Source: Candidatus Eremiobacteria bacterium (GTDB lineage: Bacteria; Vulcanimicrobiota; Vulcanimicrobiia; Vulcanimicrobiales; Vulcanimicrobiaceae). Taken from it: a stretch of DNA of 64,000 nt. The translations under genes and the position numbers were made by a program. Below are positions 10,418 to 20,162 of this stretch, one piece after another (position 1 is the stretch's first letter; the number at the start of each line of letters is the position of its first letter). The notes under the pieces were generated by a model. That model had not been told where the DNA came from. It ran no database searches and saw only the letters and a program-made list of their open reading frames with translations. The stretch spans positions 1,600,001-1,664,000 of the forward strand of contig CAVTRC010000001.1 in the NCBI GenBank assembly GCA_963737065.1. Direction: 5' to 3'.

Positions 10418-11374
10418 CGCGCGGCCGGCGAAGCCGAAATAGAGCGCAAGCAGAAGCGCCGTCGCGGCGCCGAACGCGATTCGATCGACGGCCGTTAGAC
10501 GGAGCGGCGAGAAGAAGCCTTCGATCGTGCCCGCGACGACGAGCATCGATGCGACCCCCGCGATCAAGATGCCGGCACGTTGCGCCGCTTCCGTAATTGC
10601 GGCGACGCGCCGAAGCCGTCCCGGAGCGAGGACGCCCGCGCTGATCAACAACCCCGCCGCGCCGGCGATTTGAATCGCGGTCAGTTCGATGACGCCGTGC
10701 GGCGCGACCGTGGCCCAATAGTCGGCACCGAAGCCCGCGTTGGCGAAGAGCGCGCCGACACCGCCGAGCATCAGACCATTTTGCAATAGTATCAGCAGCG
10801 TAAATGCGCCCAGCGTCACGCATCCCGCAAAAGCGAAGACCGCGACTTTGATGTTGTTTGTGATAATCGCGGAAGACATCAGCGGCGAGCGCCCCGGATC
10901 GAAGGCAAAATTCGAGTCGTGCAGACTGTGTTTAATCGCCGGCGGTACGAGCGATTCCGGAAGAATCGCATACGCTTCGCCCGGATGCGAGCGCACGATG
11001 ACGTAGGCAATGACAGCCGTTGCAACGGTGAGCGCGCTACATACGAGAATCCACGCAAACGATCGACGGAATTCCGAGGGGAACGTGACGGCGTAGAATC
11101 GCGCGACGCGCTGCCAGCCCGTCGTCGCGCTTCCGCCGTAGACGTAGGCGTGCGCGCGCGCAACGAGGCGGTTCAGATACGTCAGCAGACGCGCTTCGTA
11201 TCCTTGGCCGCCCGCATACGCAAGATCGCTCGTAGCGGCACGATACAGAACGCCGATCCGTTCCACGTCATCTGGTGCGATCCGGCGCAGTCCCCGGCGG
11301 TTTGCGCGCGAGAGCAGCGCGTCGAGTTCTTCCCACGCGGCCGAACGGCGTTCGACGAAGGTGCGCTGCGTCAC
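10400..11374 (-). CDS. Stage II sporulation protein M family membrane protein
   Basis: LYRAATSDLA, IITNNIKVA, PHGVIEL, GTIEGFFSP; probable GTG start at 11374. Confidence 0.9.
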   Translation of the reverse strand: MTQRTFVERRSAAWEELDALLSRANRRGLRRIAPDDVERIGVLYRAATSDLAYAGGQGYEARLLTYLNRLVARAHAYVYGGSATTGWQRVARFYAVTFPSEFRRSFAWILVCSALTVATAVIAYVIVRSHPGEAYAILPESLVPPAIKHSLHDSNFAFDPGRSPLMSSAIITNNIKVAVFAFAGCVTLGAFTLLILLQNGLMLGGVGALFANAGFGADYWATVAPHGVIELTAIQIAGAAGLLISAGVLAPGRLRRVAAITEAAQRAGILIAGVASMLVVAGTIEGFFSPLRLTAVDRIAFGAATALLLALYFGFAGRALEQSS

Positions 11375-11396
11375 GCCGTGTGAAGTACGGTCGTCC

Positions 11397-12140
11397 ATGG
11401 ATCGAACCCTCGACGTCCGCACACCGGAATCGATCGCATTCTCTTACGAGCTCGCCGGTATCGGCAGCCGGTTCTTAGCGGTCGCAATCGATTTGCTGCT
11501 GCAAATCGGCATCCTCGTTGCACTCGCTTGGGGGATAGCCGCGATCGCGCCGCATACCGTCGCTTCGGTACAGCGCGGATCAGCGCACCACGGAACAGGG
11601 TTTGCGCGCAACGCCGTCCTCGGCGTATTGATCTTCATCCTGTTCGTCATCTTCTTCGGCTACTTCATCATCTTCGAAGCGTTCTCGAACGGACAGACGC
11701 CGGGAAAGCGCGCCATCGGGCTGCGTGTCGTCCGCGACGGCGGCTATCCGATCGACTTCACGGCGTCGCTGGTGCGGAATCTGATCCGCATCGGCGAGAT
11801 GATGTTCGGCTTCTACGCGCTCGCCGCGGTCAGCGCGCTCATCTCTCCCGAAAACAAACGGCTCGGCGATATGGCTGCCGGCACCGTGGTCGTGCGCGAA
11901 GCAAAGATGCAATCGCCCGCGTCGATGCTGCGCGAGATTCGTGACGAACCCGTTTACGCTGCGACCGCGTACGCAACCGGCGAAGAACGCGCGATCGTCA
12001 AGCGGTTTCTCGAACGTCGCGATTCGCTCGATCCCAACCGCCGCGTTGCACTCGCGCACGAAATTGCCGCACGCGTGCGCCCGCGCGTACCGGCGGAACT
12101 GCAGCGCCTGGACGACGAAGCCTTGCTCGAACGTCTGTAG
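11397..12140 (+). CDS. RDD family protein
   Basis: LAGIGSRFLAVAID, GQTPGKRAIGLRVV, RLGDMAAGTVVV. Confidence 0.93.
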   Translation: MDRTLDVRTPESIAFSYELAGIGSRFLAVAIDLLLQIGILVALAWGIAAIAPHTVASVQRGSAHHGTGFARNAVLGVLIFILFVIFFGYFIIFEAFSNGQTPGKRAIGLRVVRDGGYPIDFTASLVRNLIRIGEMMFGFYALAAVSALISPENKRLGDMAAGTVVVREAKMQSPASMLREIRDEPVYAATAYATGEERAIVKRFLERRDSLDPNRRVALAHEIAARVRPRVPAELQRLDDEALLERL

Positions 12141-12145
12141 TTCGT

Positions 12146-13141
12146 TTAGCCGTTCTTGAAGCGATGACCGAAGTCGCGCGCGAAGCGCATCGCGTCGGCT
12201 TTGGTGCGATCGTAGATCGTTTTCGCGTCGGCTTTGCTCATGTGGCGGCCGTGCTGCAGGAAGAACGTTGCGCCTTCGCCGACGACGATCGTTCCGGCAT
12301 ACGCGATTGCGCCTTTGATTGCGATTCCTGCAACCGGAACGAACCCAACGAGTTCACGCGCCAGCGTCCGCCAGCCGAAGCCGCCGCCGATGACCGGCAA
12401 CAGCTGCCACATGCGTTGCACGTCCGGATCTTTGCCGTATGCGGCTTCGATGTGCAGGAGCAGCATCATCTGCAACCCGGTGATGGCGACCATATCACCG
12501 GCGGACGCGAACGCGCCGAGCACGATGCCGACGACCGGAATGTGATCGACCACGGCGCTTGCGAGCGCGATCTTCAACGCGTTATTCGCCGCATCGCGTG
12601 TGAGCTTCGCGGCAACGGATTCGCGCATTACCGGTAACCGCCGGCCGACCGCGATCTCCACCCCCTTCGACGCTTCGACCATGTGCGGAAAAACGCGTCC
12701 GCGCAGTGCTTCGCGGGTGAGCGCGGGAACGACGTACTCTGCAAACGTGCCGGGCGCGGGAACGCTCGAAGGCCCGCTCGGCTGTGCGCCCGGATCAACG
12801 GTGAGCGCGACGATCGGAACGCGCAACGCTTTGAGCGGTTCGAGGTGCGCGCCCGCCAAATCGCCGCGCCGTCCGAGAAAGACGACCAGCCGTACTTCGC
12901 GCGGTTCGGTGATCAACGGCTCGCCGCTGTTCGGGATCGTTTCCAGACACGCCGCCGCGTCGAGCGGAATCGAACCGTCGTCATGTCCTGAGAGCAACAG
13001 CGTGCGAAACTCGGCGATCAGCGCCGGGTCACCGCAGAGGAGGTAGCGGAACGGTTTACGCACGTGCGCACGCACGGCGTTGACGTCGATGCCGCTACGG
13101 ACGAGCCGGAACAGATCGCGCGTGCCGATAGCCGATGACAT
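12146..13141 (-). CDS. Hypothetical protein with C-terminal DUF697/YcjF-like region
   Basis: DMVAITGLQMMLLLHIEAAYG and FVPVAGIAIKGAIAYAGT. Confidence 0.7.
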   Translation of the reverse strand: MSSAIGTRDLFRLVRSGIDVNAVRAHVRKPFRYLLCGDPALIAEFRTLLLSGHDDGSIPLDAAACLETIPNSGEPLITEPREVRLVVFLGRRGDLAGAHLEPLKALRVPIVALTVDPGAQPSGPSSVPAPGTFAEYVVPALTREALRGRVFPHMVEASKGVEIAVGRRLPVMRESVAAKLTRDAANNALKIALASAVVDHIPVVGIVLGAFASAGDMVAITGLQMMLLLHIEAAYGKDPDVQRMWQLLPVIGGGFGWRTLARELVGFVPVAGIAIKGAIAYAGTIVVGEGATFFLQHGRHMSKADAKTIYDRTKADAMRFARDFGHRFKNG

Positions 13142-13160
13142 CCGTACCTCCAGTGGAACG

Positions 13161-15173
13161 TTAGTTCGCGTGCATTTCCTTCACGGGATCGTCCGTATAG
13201 TCCAGATAGACCAGTCCGGTGAAGATTTCCAGCGGCCATGCGTGCATGCCGTGCGAATCCGCTAGATCGACCGGCGATTTCTTCGTGCGCATCATTTCGT
13301 CGACGATCTCTTGCGGCGTCGACTTGATGTCCGCTGCGACGATCGTTGCGACGACGACGTCGCCCGGCGTGATGTTGTCGTGCAGCATCTGGGTGTAATC
13401 GATGCCGGGCTGTTTGAAGCGCTGGTCGAGCGCATGTTGCAGCGTCGCGTAGCGTTCCGGTGACGTTCCTAATCCGAGAAGCGTGATGCGCGCGGAAAGC
13501 TGACGCGTGCGCGCCATATTGTACACTTGCGCCGCCTGCGAGGCCGCCGTTGCGGCGTTATTGAGCCCCGTCGACGCCTTCTCCATCATCGGGGCGAGCA
13601 TATCGTACTCGCTCTTCGAGATGTCGCCTTGATAGTTGACCGGCGCGCGTGCGAGCTCTTTGAAGAACGCATCGACGTCTCCGAGCGATTGATCGAGCAG
13701 CGTCAACGACGCGCGTCCGGCATCCACCGTGCGCAGCATGTCGCTGTCCGCGAACTGCAGTTCTTTGAAGACGCTCGGATACGACGGCAAGAGCGCGACC
13801 GATTCGGCCGGAATCGGCGTCGAACTGAGCGTCGTTTGCATCTCGTTGAGAATCTCGCTGCTCTCGCGCAGCAGTCCCGATTCTTTGTTCTTCTCGAGCG
13901 ATCCAACGCCATTGATCGACGTGCCGGCGTCCATGAGCGTGCTGTTGATGGAGCGGCCCATTGCGTTTACGTTCTTCAAGATCGCTTCCAACCGCGAGCC
14001 GTGTTGAATGTTGATGCGGCTGAAGTCAGGGATCTCGTACTGCAGCGCATTCATCCGCGTATTGATCGTCTTGAGCTGATCTTTGCCTTCGTCGTGACGC
14101 GCCGCGATCTCACCGTTTGCTTGCGTCTGCGACGCTTGCACGGCGGCAAGTTGCTCGCGCAGGCGCTGCAAGTTCGGCTTGACGAGCGTCACTTGGTGCG
14201 CCCGCATCTGGCGCAACGACGCGATGCGAGCGTTTGCTTCATCGCGCAGTGCGGGATTGCCGCGCTGCGCGGCTTCCGCGAGCGTCTGCTGGCTCTTGCT
14301 CGGCAGACCCATTGCAAGCTGATCTTCGCCTTCACCGAGCAGCGCTTCGGTGTTCGTCGGATCCGTCTTCAGAATCTGGTCGAACTTCCACATCGAGAAC
14401 GAGTACCGAGCCCGTTCCTGATCGCTTGCGGCCTGCACCACTTGCTGTTGTTCCGTAACGACTTTCGGGTCGAGTTCGGGGTAGCCGACGAGATGTGAAA
14501 CGCGCGCGTCGGAGCCGGGATGGTCCTGAAGATACTTCGTAACGAGATCGCTGTGTTCGTCGCCTAAGACCTTCAAGTGATCGAGCATCGTCTCCATCGC
14601 ATACGGGTCGTAGCCCGCGCGCGACATCAACTGCAACCCCGTGCGATCGGCTTGCAATTCATCGGCGCGCTGCATCTTCGCGATGACGCCCGCTTGCATC
14701 AAGTTGCCGAAATTGTAGATCAACGGCGAGAAGATCGAGGCGATACCGAAGAGTAGATTGAGTGCCTGCGCCTTCGATTGCATCGTGACGACATGACGGC
14801 GCTCGATATGACCGGTTTCGTGACCGATGACGCCCGCAAGTTCGTCATCCGACTGCACGAAGTCCACGAGGCCCTCGTTGATGTACACGTAGCCGCCCAT
14901 CGTGGCGAACGAGTTGACGTCGGTATCCTTGATAATCTTGACGTTGTAGGGCACGTCTTTGCGCGCGACTTCTTTCCAGAGATTGCGCGCGATCGACTGA
15001 ACGTACGCATTGAGCAAGGGGTCGGTTTCTATAACGTCCGACTCGACGATCTGCTCGTCCTCACCACGGCCCATTTCGATCTCGGTTTGCGTCGAAGTAG
15101 CCAGCGCGGGTGCCGGACATATGGCACCCACCAGTGAAAGAATGACGGCCATTGGAACGATGCGGCGAAACAT
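13161..15173 (-). CDS. M48 family metalloprotease with TPR/helical C-terminal extension
   Basis: Signal peptide, NSFATMGG, GHETGH (HExxH), ELQAD, DHP. Confidence 0.9.
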   Translation of the reverse strand: MFRRIVPMAVILSLVGAICPAPALATSTQTEIEMGRGEDEQIVESDVIETDPLLNAYVQSIARNLWKEVARKDVPYNVKIIKDTDVNSFATMGGYVYINEGLVDFVQSDDELAGVIGHETGHIERRHVVTMQSKAQALNLLFGIASIFSPLIYNFGNLMQAGVIAKMQRADELQADRTGLQLMSRAGYDPYAMETMLDHLKVLGDEHSDLVTKYLQDHPGSDARVSHLVGYPELDPKVVTEQQQVVQAASDQERARYSFSMWKFDQILKTDPTNTEALLGEGEDQLAMGLPSKSQQTLAEAAQRGNPALRDEANARIASLRQMRAHQVTLVKPNLQRLREQLAAVQASQTQANGEIAARHDEGKDQLKTINTRMNALQYEIPDFSRINIQHGSRLEAILKNVNAMGRSINSTLMDAGTSINGVGSLEKNKESGLLRESSEILNEMQTTLSSTPIPAESVALLPSYPSVFKELQFADSDMLRTVDAGRASLTLLDQSLGDVDAFFKELARAPVNYQGDISKSEYDMLAPMMEKASTGLNNAATAASQAAQVYNMARTRQLSARITLLGLGTSPERYATLQHALDQRFKQPGIDYTQMLHDNITPGDVVVATIVAADIKSTPQEIVDEMMRTKKSPVDLADSHGMHAWPLEIFTGLVYLDYTDDPVKEMHAN

Positions 15174-15364
15174 AGGACGGTCTTCCTTACTTACCAACGA
15201 GGTAACTCAATGTTACGGCGACGGAGTGCAGCTGCTCAACGTTCGAGCGGCCTCCGACGTTACCCAAGCATACTGTGCATTGCGTGTGGATAATAGAAAC
15301 AACTTGCGAACGGCTGTGGATGCGTGAAGGCCTCGGGGTACGGCCGCTGTGAAGTCAGCCGCCG

Positions 15365-16153
15365 ATGACGCTTATTCGAGGACGCGGACTCGGCCTCGAG
15401 CTTCGTTTCGCCGGTCGCGATTTCGACGCGGCGCTGGCCGAGCTATCGACCAAACTTAGCGAGCGTCCCGGGTTCTATCGCGGGTCGTCGGCAACAGCCG
15501 TCGTCGACGATCCGCCGCCCCCGGAAGACGGCATTACTCGTCTGCGCAGCCTCCTTCAAGAGCACGGCATCGAACTTGCAGCCGTCGAGCCCGCTGCAAG
15601 CGAAGAGCTTGCGCGCCGTCGCGCGATGCGTCCGCATCGCGAGCTCAAGCTCTCCGACTCCGCGCGCTCGCTCGTCGCCGACTTCGCCGGCGCGCGTTCG
15701 GACATTGCCGAGCGCCGTAAACGCGGCGACTCGAGCGTGCGCCGCACGGTGCATCGCGAGCCCGAACACGCAGCCCCCGCCCCCGCGTTGCATATCGCGC
15801 CGCCGCCGCCCGGCACGCTGTATCACGTCGGTACGTTGCGCGGCGGCCAAGCGCTACATCACGCCGGCAACATCATCGTCGTCGGCGACGTAAATCCCGG
15901 AACCGAGCTCGTCGCGACGGGCGATATCGTCGTGTTCGGCCGCTTGCTCGGTGTTGCGCACGCGGGCGCGCAAGGCGACGAGAGTGCAAAAGTCTACGCG
16001 TTGCATTTACAAGCGACGCAACTGCGCATCGCAACGAGTATCGCACTTGACGAGGACACGAGGCCGTCGGCCTCGCAACCAGAGATGGCGTTTTTGCGCG
16101 ATGGCCGTATCATCATCGCGCCGTTTTCGAAGGCGTCGGAGGTACTGAAGTAA
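15365..16153 (+). CDS. minC: Septum site-determining protein MinC
   Basis: TLRGGQ, GDVNPGTE, GVAHAG, QLRIA. Confidence 0.95.
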   Translation: MTLIRGRGLGLELRFAGRDFDAALAELSTKLSERPGFYRGSSATAVVDDPPPPEDGITRLRSLLQEHGIELAAVEPAASEELARRRAMRPHRELKLSDSARSLVADFAGARSDIAERRKRGDSSVRRTVHREPEHAAPAPALHIAPPPPGTLYHVGTLRGGQALHHAGNIIVVGDVNPGTELVATGDIVVFGRLLGVAHAGAQGDESAKVYALHLQATQLRIATSIALDEDTRPSASQPEMAFLRDGRIIIAPFSKASEVLK

Positions 16154-16154
16154 T

Positions 16155-16946
16155 ATGGCAGCACGTCGAATCGTCATTACCTCCGGTAAAGGCGGCGTCG
16201 GAAAGACGACCACGACCGCCAACCTCGGCGCGGCGCTTGCCAAGCGCGGGCATCGCGTGATTTTGGTCGATGCCGATATCGGTCTGCGCAACCTCGATCT
16301 CGTGCTCGGCTTGGAAAAACGCATCGTCTTCGATTTGGTCGAAGTCGCGGAGGGACGATGCCAGCTACGCCAGGCGCTGATCAAAGACAAACGCTTCGAA
16401 TCGCTCTCGATTCTCCCGGCGGCACAGACGCGCGACAAAGACGCGATCACGGAATCGCAGTTCGCAGCCATCATCGAACAAACCGCGGAACAAGCGGATT
16501 ACGTATTGATCGATTGTCCCGCGGGGATTGAAGGCGGATTCCGTAACGCCGTTGCGGGAGCAAAAGAAGCGATCGTCGTGACGACGCCGGAAGTGAGCGC
16601 GATTCGTGATGCCGATCGCGTCGTGGGAAAGCTCAACGATAAACAGCTTCCGATTCGCTTGATCGTCAATCGTCTACGTCCCGACATGGTGCGCAGCGGC
16701 GACATGCTCTCCGTTGAAGACGTCTGCGAGATTCTCTCGATTGAACTGGTCGGTATCGTTCCCGACGATGAAGAGATCATCGACACGACAAACAAAGGCG
16801 AACCGATCGTGCTCGACGATACGGCGCGTCTGCGCATGATTTACGACAAGATCGCGCGCCGTCTCGAAGGTGACCTCGTGCCCTTTACCAATTTCGACGG
16901 ACAGAGCTTGCTGGGTCGCCTTTTCGGCGCACGGAAAGCGGGGTAA
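16155..16946 (+). CDS. minD: Septum site-determining ATPase MinD
   Basis: SGKGGVGKTT, DADIGLRNLD, DCPAGIE, C-terminal amphipathic LLGRLFG. Confidence 0.96.
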   Translation: MAARRIVITSGKGGVGKTTTTANLGAALAKRGHRVILVDADIGLRNLDLVLGLEKRIVFDLVEVAEGRCQLRQALIKDKRFESLSILPAAQTRDKDAITESQFAAIIEQTAEQADYVLIDCPAGIEGGFRNAVAGAKEAIVVTTPEVSAIRDADRVVGKLNDKQLPIRLIVNRLRPDMVRSGDMLSVEDVCEILSIELVGIVPDDEEIIDTTNKGEPIVLDDTARLRMIYDKIARRLEGDLVPFTNFDGQSLLGRLFGARKAG

Positions 16947-16950
16947 CGCG

Positions 16951-17820
16951 ATGCATCTCCTTCGACAGGCCCAGGATGACAATGGCCCGGAATCCGACGC
17001 ATGTGTTCAGCCGGCGAAAAAGCTCGGCCGCGCGATCGTGCTGACGTCGGGTAAAGGCGGCGTCGGCAAGACGACGACGACGGCGAATCTCGGCACGGCA
17101 CTCGCGGCGCGCGGTGAGCGCGTCGTGCTCGTCGACGCGGACGTCGGTCTGCGCAATCTCGACATCGTGCTCGGTCTCGAGAGCCGGGTGAAGTATCATG
17201 TGCTCGACGTGCTCGAAGACAAAGTGTCGATCGACGATGCGCTGGTCGGTGACAAGCGCGTTGAGACGCTTTCGCTGCTCGCCGCGGCGCAGACACGCGA
17301 AAAAGATGAAGTCGATACCGAAAAAATGCGCGCGCTCGTTCAGACGCTGCGCGAACGATTCGATTACGTCCTGATCGACTGTCCCGCCGGCATCGAGCAA
17401 GGGTTCCACAACGCCGTCGTCGGTGCCGAAGAAGCGATCGTCGTTTGCACGCCTGAGGTTTCTGCGGTGCGCGACGTCGACCGGGTCGTCGGTTTGCTCG
17501 GCAATCGGTTCAAGCCGCAGTTGATCGTGAACCGCTTGCGTCCGCAATTGGTCAAGAAGGGGAAGATGCTTTCCGTCGACGACGTGAACGGTATTCTGCA
17601 TCTGCCGCTGCTCGGTGTAATCGCGGACGAACCGGAGATCATCGTCACGACGAATAAAGGCGAACCGCTTGCGTTACGCCGCGACGGCGCGACGGCGAGC
17701 GCGTATCACGCAATCGCCGCGCGCGTTGCGGGTGAAGACGTCCCCGCGCCGACGGTTGAAGTGAAAGAGCTGTCGTTTCTCGGCAAACTCGGCGCGCTCT
17801 TCGGAGGACGCAAATCGTGA
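16951..17820 (+). CDS. minD: Second MinD paralog; start uncertain
   Basis: SGKGGVGKTT, DADVGLRNLD, DCPAGIEQG, FLGKLGALFG; N-terminal LLRQAQDD is repeat-derived. Confidence 0.92.
   Translation: MHLLRQAQDDNGPESDACVQPAKKLGRAIVLTSGKGGVGKTTTTANLGTALAARGERVVLVDADVGLRNLDIVLGLESRVKYHVLDVLEDKVSIDDALVGDKRVETLSLLAAAQTREKDEVDTEKMRALVQTLRERFDYVLIDCPAGIEQGFHNAVVGAEEAIVVCTPEVSAVRDVDRVVGLLGNRFKPQLIVNRLRPQLVKKGKMLSVDDVNGILHLPLLGVIADEPEIIVTTNKGEPLALRRDGATASAYHAIAARVAGEDVPAPTVEVKELSFLGKLGALFGGRKS
16958..16981. repeat. Solo copy of the GIY-YIG-associated REP-like repeat
   Basis: TCCTTCGACAGGCCCAGGATGACA, 22/24 identical to 37104-37127. Confidence 0.8.
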
Positions 17821-18293
17821 TCGAATGGGTCAAAAAAATCTTCGGGCAAACGCCTTCGAGCTCGACGGCGAAGGAACGGCTCCGACTCGTGCTGATGACG
17901 GACCACCTCGCGCTCGCGCCGGAGATCATCGAGAACATGAAGCGTGATCTCGTCGACGTCATCTCGCGCTACGTGGAGGTCGATCGCGAAAAGGTTGAAG
18001 TGAGCTTCGAACGCGAGGACAAAGCGCTCGCGATGCTGGCCAATATCCCAATCACCGCGGTCAATCGCCCCAACAGACCCGCAGAGGGCACCGATCCGCC
18101 GGAGGAACGCGATCGCGAAGCGCTCGCCGAGAGCGTCGGGGCCGGTGAACGTGCCGAAGAACCGCCGGAATCCGAACCGGTTGCAATCGAACCGCAGGCG
18201 AAAGCCGCCACCGCAAGCATGTCCGGACCACCGCCGACGCGTCGCCGCCGCAAAAAGAAAGTGGGCGGATCGAAAGCCGCGACCGCGCACTAA
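17817..18293 (+). CDS. minE: Cell division topological specificity factor MinE with long C-terminal tail
   Basis: SSSTAKERLRLVL...DLVDVISRYV...LANIPI. Confidence 0.95.
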   Translation: MIEWVKKIFGQTPSSSTAKERLRLVLMTDHLALAPEIIENMKRDLVDVISRYVEVDREKVEVSFEREDKALAMLANIPITAVNRPNRPAEGTDPPEERDREALAESVGAGERAEEPPESEPVAIEPQAKAATASMSGPPPTRRRRKKKVGGSKAATAH

Positions 18294-18403
18294 CTCGGCA
18301 TCATGCACGCCGGCGTATTTCAGGCGGACGCCGTCTCACGTTCCGCGCGGTCCCGGCCGACAAGTAGTACGCAATGCGCTCTCGTTTGACGAAGGCTCGC
18401 TGA

Positions 18404-19540
18404 GTGGCGGTCCTTGCGTTGGGCTCGGATGCTCGCCGGTACGTCAGGAATTTCAACTGGTCGCTCGCAGTTGCGTGCGTCGTCGTATCCGCGCTCGGAA
18501 TCCTTTGCATTCAGTCAGCGGACCTGCACGGCGGCGGTAGTGCGTTCGGCGAGTACAAGAAACAGATCATTTACGTGCTGATCGGCATCCCGCTGATGGC
18601 CGGATTTTCGTTCATCGATTATCGGAATTGGAAACGGTGGGCTCCGGGATTATACGTCATCAACATGGTGTTGCTCGCGTTTATTTTGCGCGGCGGCCAC
18701 TCGGCGCTCGGCGCGCAGCGATGGATTGCGGTCGGCTCGTTCTTCACCTTTCAGCCGTCGGAAGCAGCGAAGCTGATTCTCGCCATTTCGATTGCGGCGG
18801 TGCTGTGCAAGAGTACGTACGATCGCGTGCAAGATCTATGGAAACCGCTTCTCACCGCCGCTGTTCCGGCTTTGCTCATTCTCAAGCAGCCCGATCTCGG
18901 CACGTCGCTCGTCATCGGCGCAATTCTGAGCGCACAGCTCTTCTTCGGGTTGCCGAAACTCGGCGACTTTCTCATCTACGTCTTGGGCATCGTCATCGCC
19001 GGTGCGGCCGCGGTCGGCACGAACGCGATTCTGAAGCCGTTTCAAAGAGCGCGACTGCTGGTCTTCCTGAATCCGTCTTCCGACCCGCAAGGCGCCGGCT
19101 ACAACTTGAATCAGTCAAAAATCGCCGTCGGCAACGGTGAATGGTTGGGGCGTGGGTTGTATCACGGCACCCAAACGCAGCTGAACTTCGTGCCGGAACA
19201 CTCGCGCGATTTCATCTTCACGGTGCTTGCTGAGGAAATGGGTTTTCTTGGAGCAGGCTTGTTGATCGTGCTGTACGCGATCGTGCTCTACGGCGGAATC
19301 AAGACAATGATCGCCGCACGCGACCGCTTCGGCTTCCTGCTTGCCGCCGGTCTGGTATCGATGCTGTTCTTCCATGTCCTCGTGAACATCGGCATGACGA
19401 TCGGCATCATGCCGATCACCGGCATCCCGCTGCCATTCATGTCATACGGCGGATCGGCCGTCCTCACCGACTTCGCGGCCGTCGGCATGCTCTTGAACAT
19501 CTACTCGCAAAAAGACCGCGAAATTCTCGGCAACGCGTAA
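18404..19540 (+). CDS. rodA: Rod shape-determining protein RodA (SEDS)
   Basis: GAQRWI, FQPSE, KQPDLGT, DFIFTVLAEE, GIPLPFMSYGGS. Confidence 0.95.
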   Translation: MAVLALGSDARRYVRNFNWSLAVACVVVSALGILCIQSADLHGGGSAFGEYKKQIIYVLIGIPLMAGFSFIDYRNWKRWAPGLYVINMVLLAFILRGGHSALGAQRWIAVGSFFTFQPSEAAKLILAISIAAVLCKSTYDRVQDLWKPLLTAAVPALLILKQPDLGTSLVIGAILSAQLFFGLPKLGDFLIYVLGIVIAGAAAVGTNAILKPFQRARLLVFLNPSSDPQGAGYNLNQSKIAVGNGEWLGRGLYHGTQTQLNFVPEHSRDFIFTVLAEEMGFLGAGLLIVLYAIVLYGGIKTMIAARDRFGFLLAAGLVSMLFFHVLVNIGMTIGIMPITGIPLPFMSYGGSAVLTDFAAVGMLLNIYSQKDREILGNA

Positions 19541-19554
19541 GCCTGCACCGGCGC

Positions 19555-20160
19555 TCAGTCGTGGCGATACACGACGCCGCTGCGAGATGAGGCGAGGACG
19601 ATCCATCGCGGATCACTCTCGATCACGTTGCGTTGAGCGGGCGTATGGTAGAGCAGCCACGTTGTCCCCGGATTGCGCCGGAGCAGGATGGATCCAAGCG
19701 TCGCACGCATCGCCTCGCCATCAAACGGATTGTACATGAACACGGCGAGATCGCCCGGCGGATACGATGACGATCGTGCATCACCGCGCACGAGCCTCAC
19801 GTCGCGGCACGCGCGGCGACGGCGTTCCGCGCGTTCCAAATTCTCACGCGCAACTTCATAGAGGCCGGGTGAGAGCTCGATGCCGACGACTTGTTTGAAC
19901 GGATACTCCGCCGCAAGCAGTATCGCGCGCCCCATACCGGCGCCCACGTCGACGAACGTCGATGCGGCGATCGCTTGCGCCGGCAAAGCCGCGACCAGCG
20001 TTCGAAAATCAGCCGGCGGCACCGCTTCGTAGTGCGTCGCGTGCGCGCCCGCATCGCCTACATGCTCGGGATCGAGATCGGTCAGGAAAAGAATTGCTTG
20101 CGTCGTGACGCCGTAATCGTGATCGAAACGCCTGCCGGCGCTGCGTTCGGAATTCGGCAC
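19555..20160 (-). CDS. Class I SAM-dependent methyltransferase
   Basis: FVDVGAGMGRA, GIELS, FMYNPF; start (GTG 20160) uncertain. Confidence 0.88.
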   Translation of the reverse strand: MPNSERSAGRRFDHDYGVTTQAILFLTDLDPEHVGDAGAHATHYEAVPPADFRTLVAALPAQAIAASTFVDVGAGMGRAILLAAEYPFKQVVGIELSPGLYEVARENLERAERRRRACRDVRLVRGDARSSSYPPGDLAVFMYNPFDGEAMRATLGSILLRRNPGTTWLLYHTPAQRNVIESDPRWIVLASSRSGVVYRHD

Positions 20161-20162
20161 GC

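Noticed and set aside
5695..12140. MoxR/DUF58/SpoIIM/RDD cluster as a novel system or as evidence of sporulation
   Set aside because: A widespread known gene neighbourhood; SpoIIM-family genes occur in non-sporulating bacteria.
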